The translations under genes and the position numbers were made by a program. A stretch of DNA of 37,485 nucleotides, taken from assembly GCF_006345805.1 (NCBI RefSeq), contig NW_021831673.1, forward strand, positions 1 to 37,485. The letters are read 5' to 3'. Shown piece after piece: positions 34,870 to 37,485 of the stretch (position 1 is the stretch's first letter; every line of letters begins with the position of its first letter). The notes under the pieces are model-generated. The model was not told the origin of the DNA, made no database searches, and worked only from the letters and a program-made list of their open reading frames with translations. The stretch comes from Octopus sinensis (lineage: Eukaryota).

Positions 34870-35195
34870 TTATGTATGTATTCTCATGCATATAGTTGCA
34901 TATCTAGACGTGCTCACTCCTGGAAAGTTTTACAGATTTTTACAGTTCCAGTAATGGATTGGATCCTTAGTCTTCGAAATAACATTCTCCTTTCTGGTTT
35001 TGAGAAGCCTACTTTCTCAATATTGGTATTTAGGCAGTGTGTTGTTACATATCCCAGGGCCCCAATAATTACAGGTATAAACCTAAACTTGTAATCTGGA
35101 CAGAGTAACTGCAGATTTCTCTTTTTCACTGATCTTCAGTTTTATGTTAACATCCTCTGGGCAGCTAATTTCCAAAACTGTGCACAGTTTCTCTT
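34870..35195 (-). mobile_element. R4/Dong-like RLE-type LINE extreme 3' fragment
   Basis: KEKLCTVLEISCPEDVNIKLKISEKE and RNLQLLCPDYKFRFIPVIIGALG...IQSITGTVKICKTFQE*, homologous to 33133-33450. Confidence 0.75.
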
Positions 35196-36183
35196 TATGT
35201 ATGTATGTATGGATGGGGGATGAATGCATGTATGCGTGCATCCAGAAATGTATGCGTGTGTGCATTATGAAATCAAGTTAGAAAGTCCGGTTCTGACGTG
35301 GCTGTCTTTATCGATCCACTAATCAATACAGGATCAATATCAGAGGTAACAGATGGCGTTGGATGTTGAATGAAGTGATTATGGGGTTTTTGTTGTTGGT
35401 TTTTTTTTTTGGTGGGGGGACGTATTTCTGAAATTAAGGGTAGTGAAGAGTCTTTGGTTGGGTAGAGTGGGGTGGTTCAACGGTGGTGGAGAGAATAAGT
35501 CGAGGAGGTGCGTGTGTGTCGGGGTGGGTGGGTGGGGGAGTAATAAGCCAAGGGGGTGGAGGAGGAGGATACGAACGGAAAAGGGAGAGCGAGAACGAGA
35601 GAGGGGCGGGGCGGGGCAGTTCAAAGGAGTGCAAACAGCAAATGACAGGAAGGGCTGGAGGTTGGAGTTGCTGAGAGGTAAAGCAGTGGCAGACGGTGGA
35701 AATAGGGGGAATTAAAGGGTGAATGAGCTGGGGAGAGAGAGAGAGAGAACGTGAAAGAGTGTGTGAGAATGAGAGAAAGAGAAAGAGGCAAAAGAGGGAA
35801 AGAGAGAGAGAGGGAAGTGTGTGTGTGTGTGCGTGTGCGTGTGTGTGTATGTGAGAGAGAGAGAGAGAATATTTTCTGTCATGCTCAAAAATAATTTTGA
35901 GTTGTACCATAGATCCGAACCCCAAAGTTTCCGCTGTCTGAGCTTTATGCTCTGTTTCGGAATTAATATCTAAAAAAAATATTTAAAAGCGTTACTACAC
36001 GCGCTTGCACACACACACACACATACACACACATACACACACATACACACACATACACACACATACACACACAGACGCACACACACATACACACACACAC
36101 ACATACACACACACACGCACACACACACACACACACACAAATATACACACACACACACACACACATTCTTCTATCTTTTTTTT

Positions 36184-36394
36184 TTACTTCTTTCAATCAT
36201 TTGACTGCAGTCATGCTGGAGCACCACCTTTAGTCGAACAAATCGACCCCAGGACTTTTTGTAAGCCTAGTACTTATTCTATCGGTCTCTTTTTCCCGAA
36301 CCGCTAAGTGACGGGGACGTAAAAACACCAACATCGGTCGTCAAGCGATGGTGGTGGGGCGGACAAATACAGACACAACAAATACATACATACA

Positions 36395-36420
<26 letters not shown>
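36184..36420 (-). mobile_element. SINE family A, 3' half
   Basis: Tail and post-microsatellite segment only; a separate head fragment lies at ~36893-36965. Confidence 0.8.
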
Positions 36421-36427
<7 letters not shown>

Positions 36428-37485
36428 GCATAGATGGAGAATTCAGAAAGAAACAGAAAACGAAGACAGGTGGTGTAGACAACAATCAGATGTATTAGTT
36501 TAACGTTTGGGAAGTGAAAAAGTCTTTAACGTTTCGACCCTACGCTCTTCTACAGAAAGGAACATACAAAGAAACAGGGAGAGAAAATAAAGAATGTGTA
36601 GTGGCTAGCGATCTATCATGGCGAATGCCGGACAGGTGGGTCACACAGAAGAGCTAGAAAGAAGGGGAGATTATAAAGTAGTGGTGATCTCAAAACGAAG
36701 CTGTGCGTGCGTGTGTATAAGAGAGCATGTATGTGCATGTGGAAGAGGGATGGTGACCTTGACGTGTGCATGTGTGCATGTCTAGGTGTGTGGATGATGG
36801 TGTGGGTGTTGGGAAGTGGTCAGTGCTAGTGTGTACGTGGTGGTGTGATGTGGTATTATGTGGTATAGGGAAGTGTGGTGGGGTGGTGTTGGGTCGACCC
36901 GAGACTATAGTAGAAGACACTTGCCCAACGCACCTGGTTGGGAAGCAAGTTTCTTACCACATATGCACTCCTACACACACATATATTCATATGCATATAT
37001 ATATATAAATACACATATATATATATATATATCTATATATATAATATATATATATATATATACATGTGTGTGTGTTGTGTGTGTGTGTGTTGTGTGTGGC
37101 ATAGTGTGTGTAGGAGTGGATATGTAGCATATTATATATACATACATACGTACATATATATATTATATATATATATAATATATATTATACATATATATAT
37201 ATATTATATATAATATATATATTATATATATATATATAATATATATATATATATAATATATATATATATTATAATATATATATATACATAATACATAATA
37301 TACATATACATATACATAAGAAAGTAAAGACTCCCTGGTCATGAAATCCCCATAGGATTGCACCTAGAAGTTACCCTCCACGGCACAAGTCCGAGCAAAT
37401 TTGTTTATGGAAGCCTTCAACTGACCCTTGTCGCCTCGCCTCTCTTACGTATCTTTGTAGGAGCTGTAATAATGTTTTTCATAGA

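Overview
Eukaryotic, AT-rich, microsatellite-saturated DNA made almost entirely of transposable elements. The SINE repertoire resembles, from my memory and not a database search, the octopus OK/OR1/OR2 tRNA-derived SINEs, so a cephalopod origin is likely but inferred. I found no convincing host exon; nearly all ORFs in the track are microsatellite translations. Main content: (1) a ~5.8 kb full-length L1/Tx1-like LINE (13316-19141) embedded in (TTA)n, next to a 5'-truncated sister-family copy also embedded in (TTA)n. Its 12 frameshifts can all be repaired by adding single bases to short homopolymers, so it may be intact. (2) A nested palindrome (22011-23456) whose inner 230-bp arms each carry a canonical type I hammerhead ribozyme, plus several other fold-back elements with hammerhead-like remnants. 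(3) Two SINE families whose 3' tails match LINE 3' ends in the same window (CR1-like and Tx1-like). (4) Fragments of RTE, R4/Dong-like, CR1-like, mariner and Helitron elements. Boundaries were read by eye and may be off by several bases.
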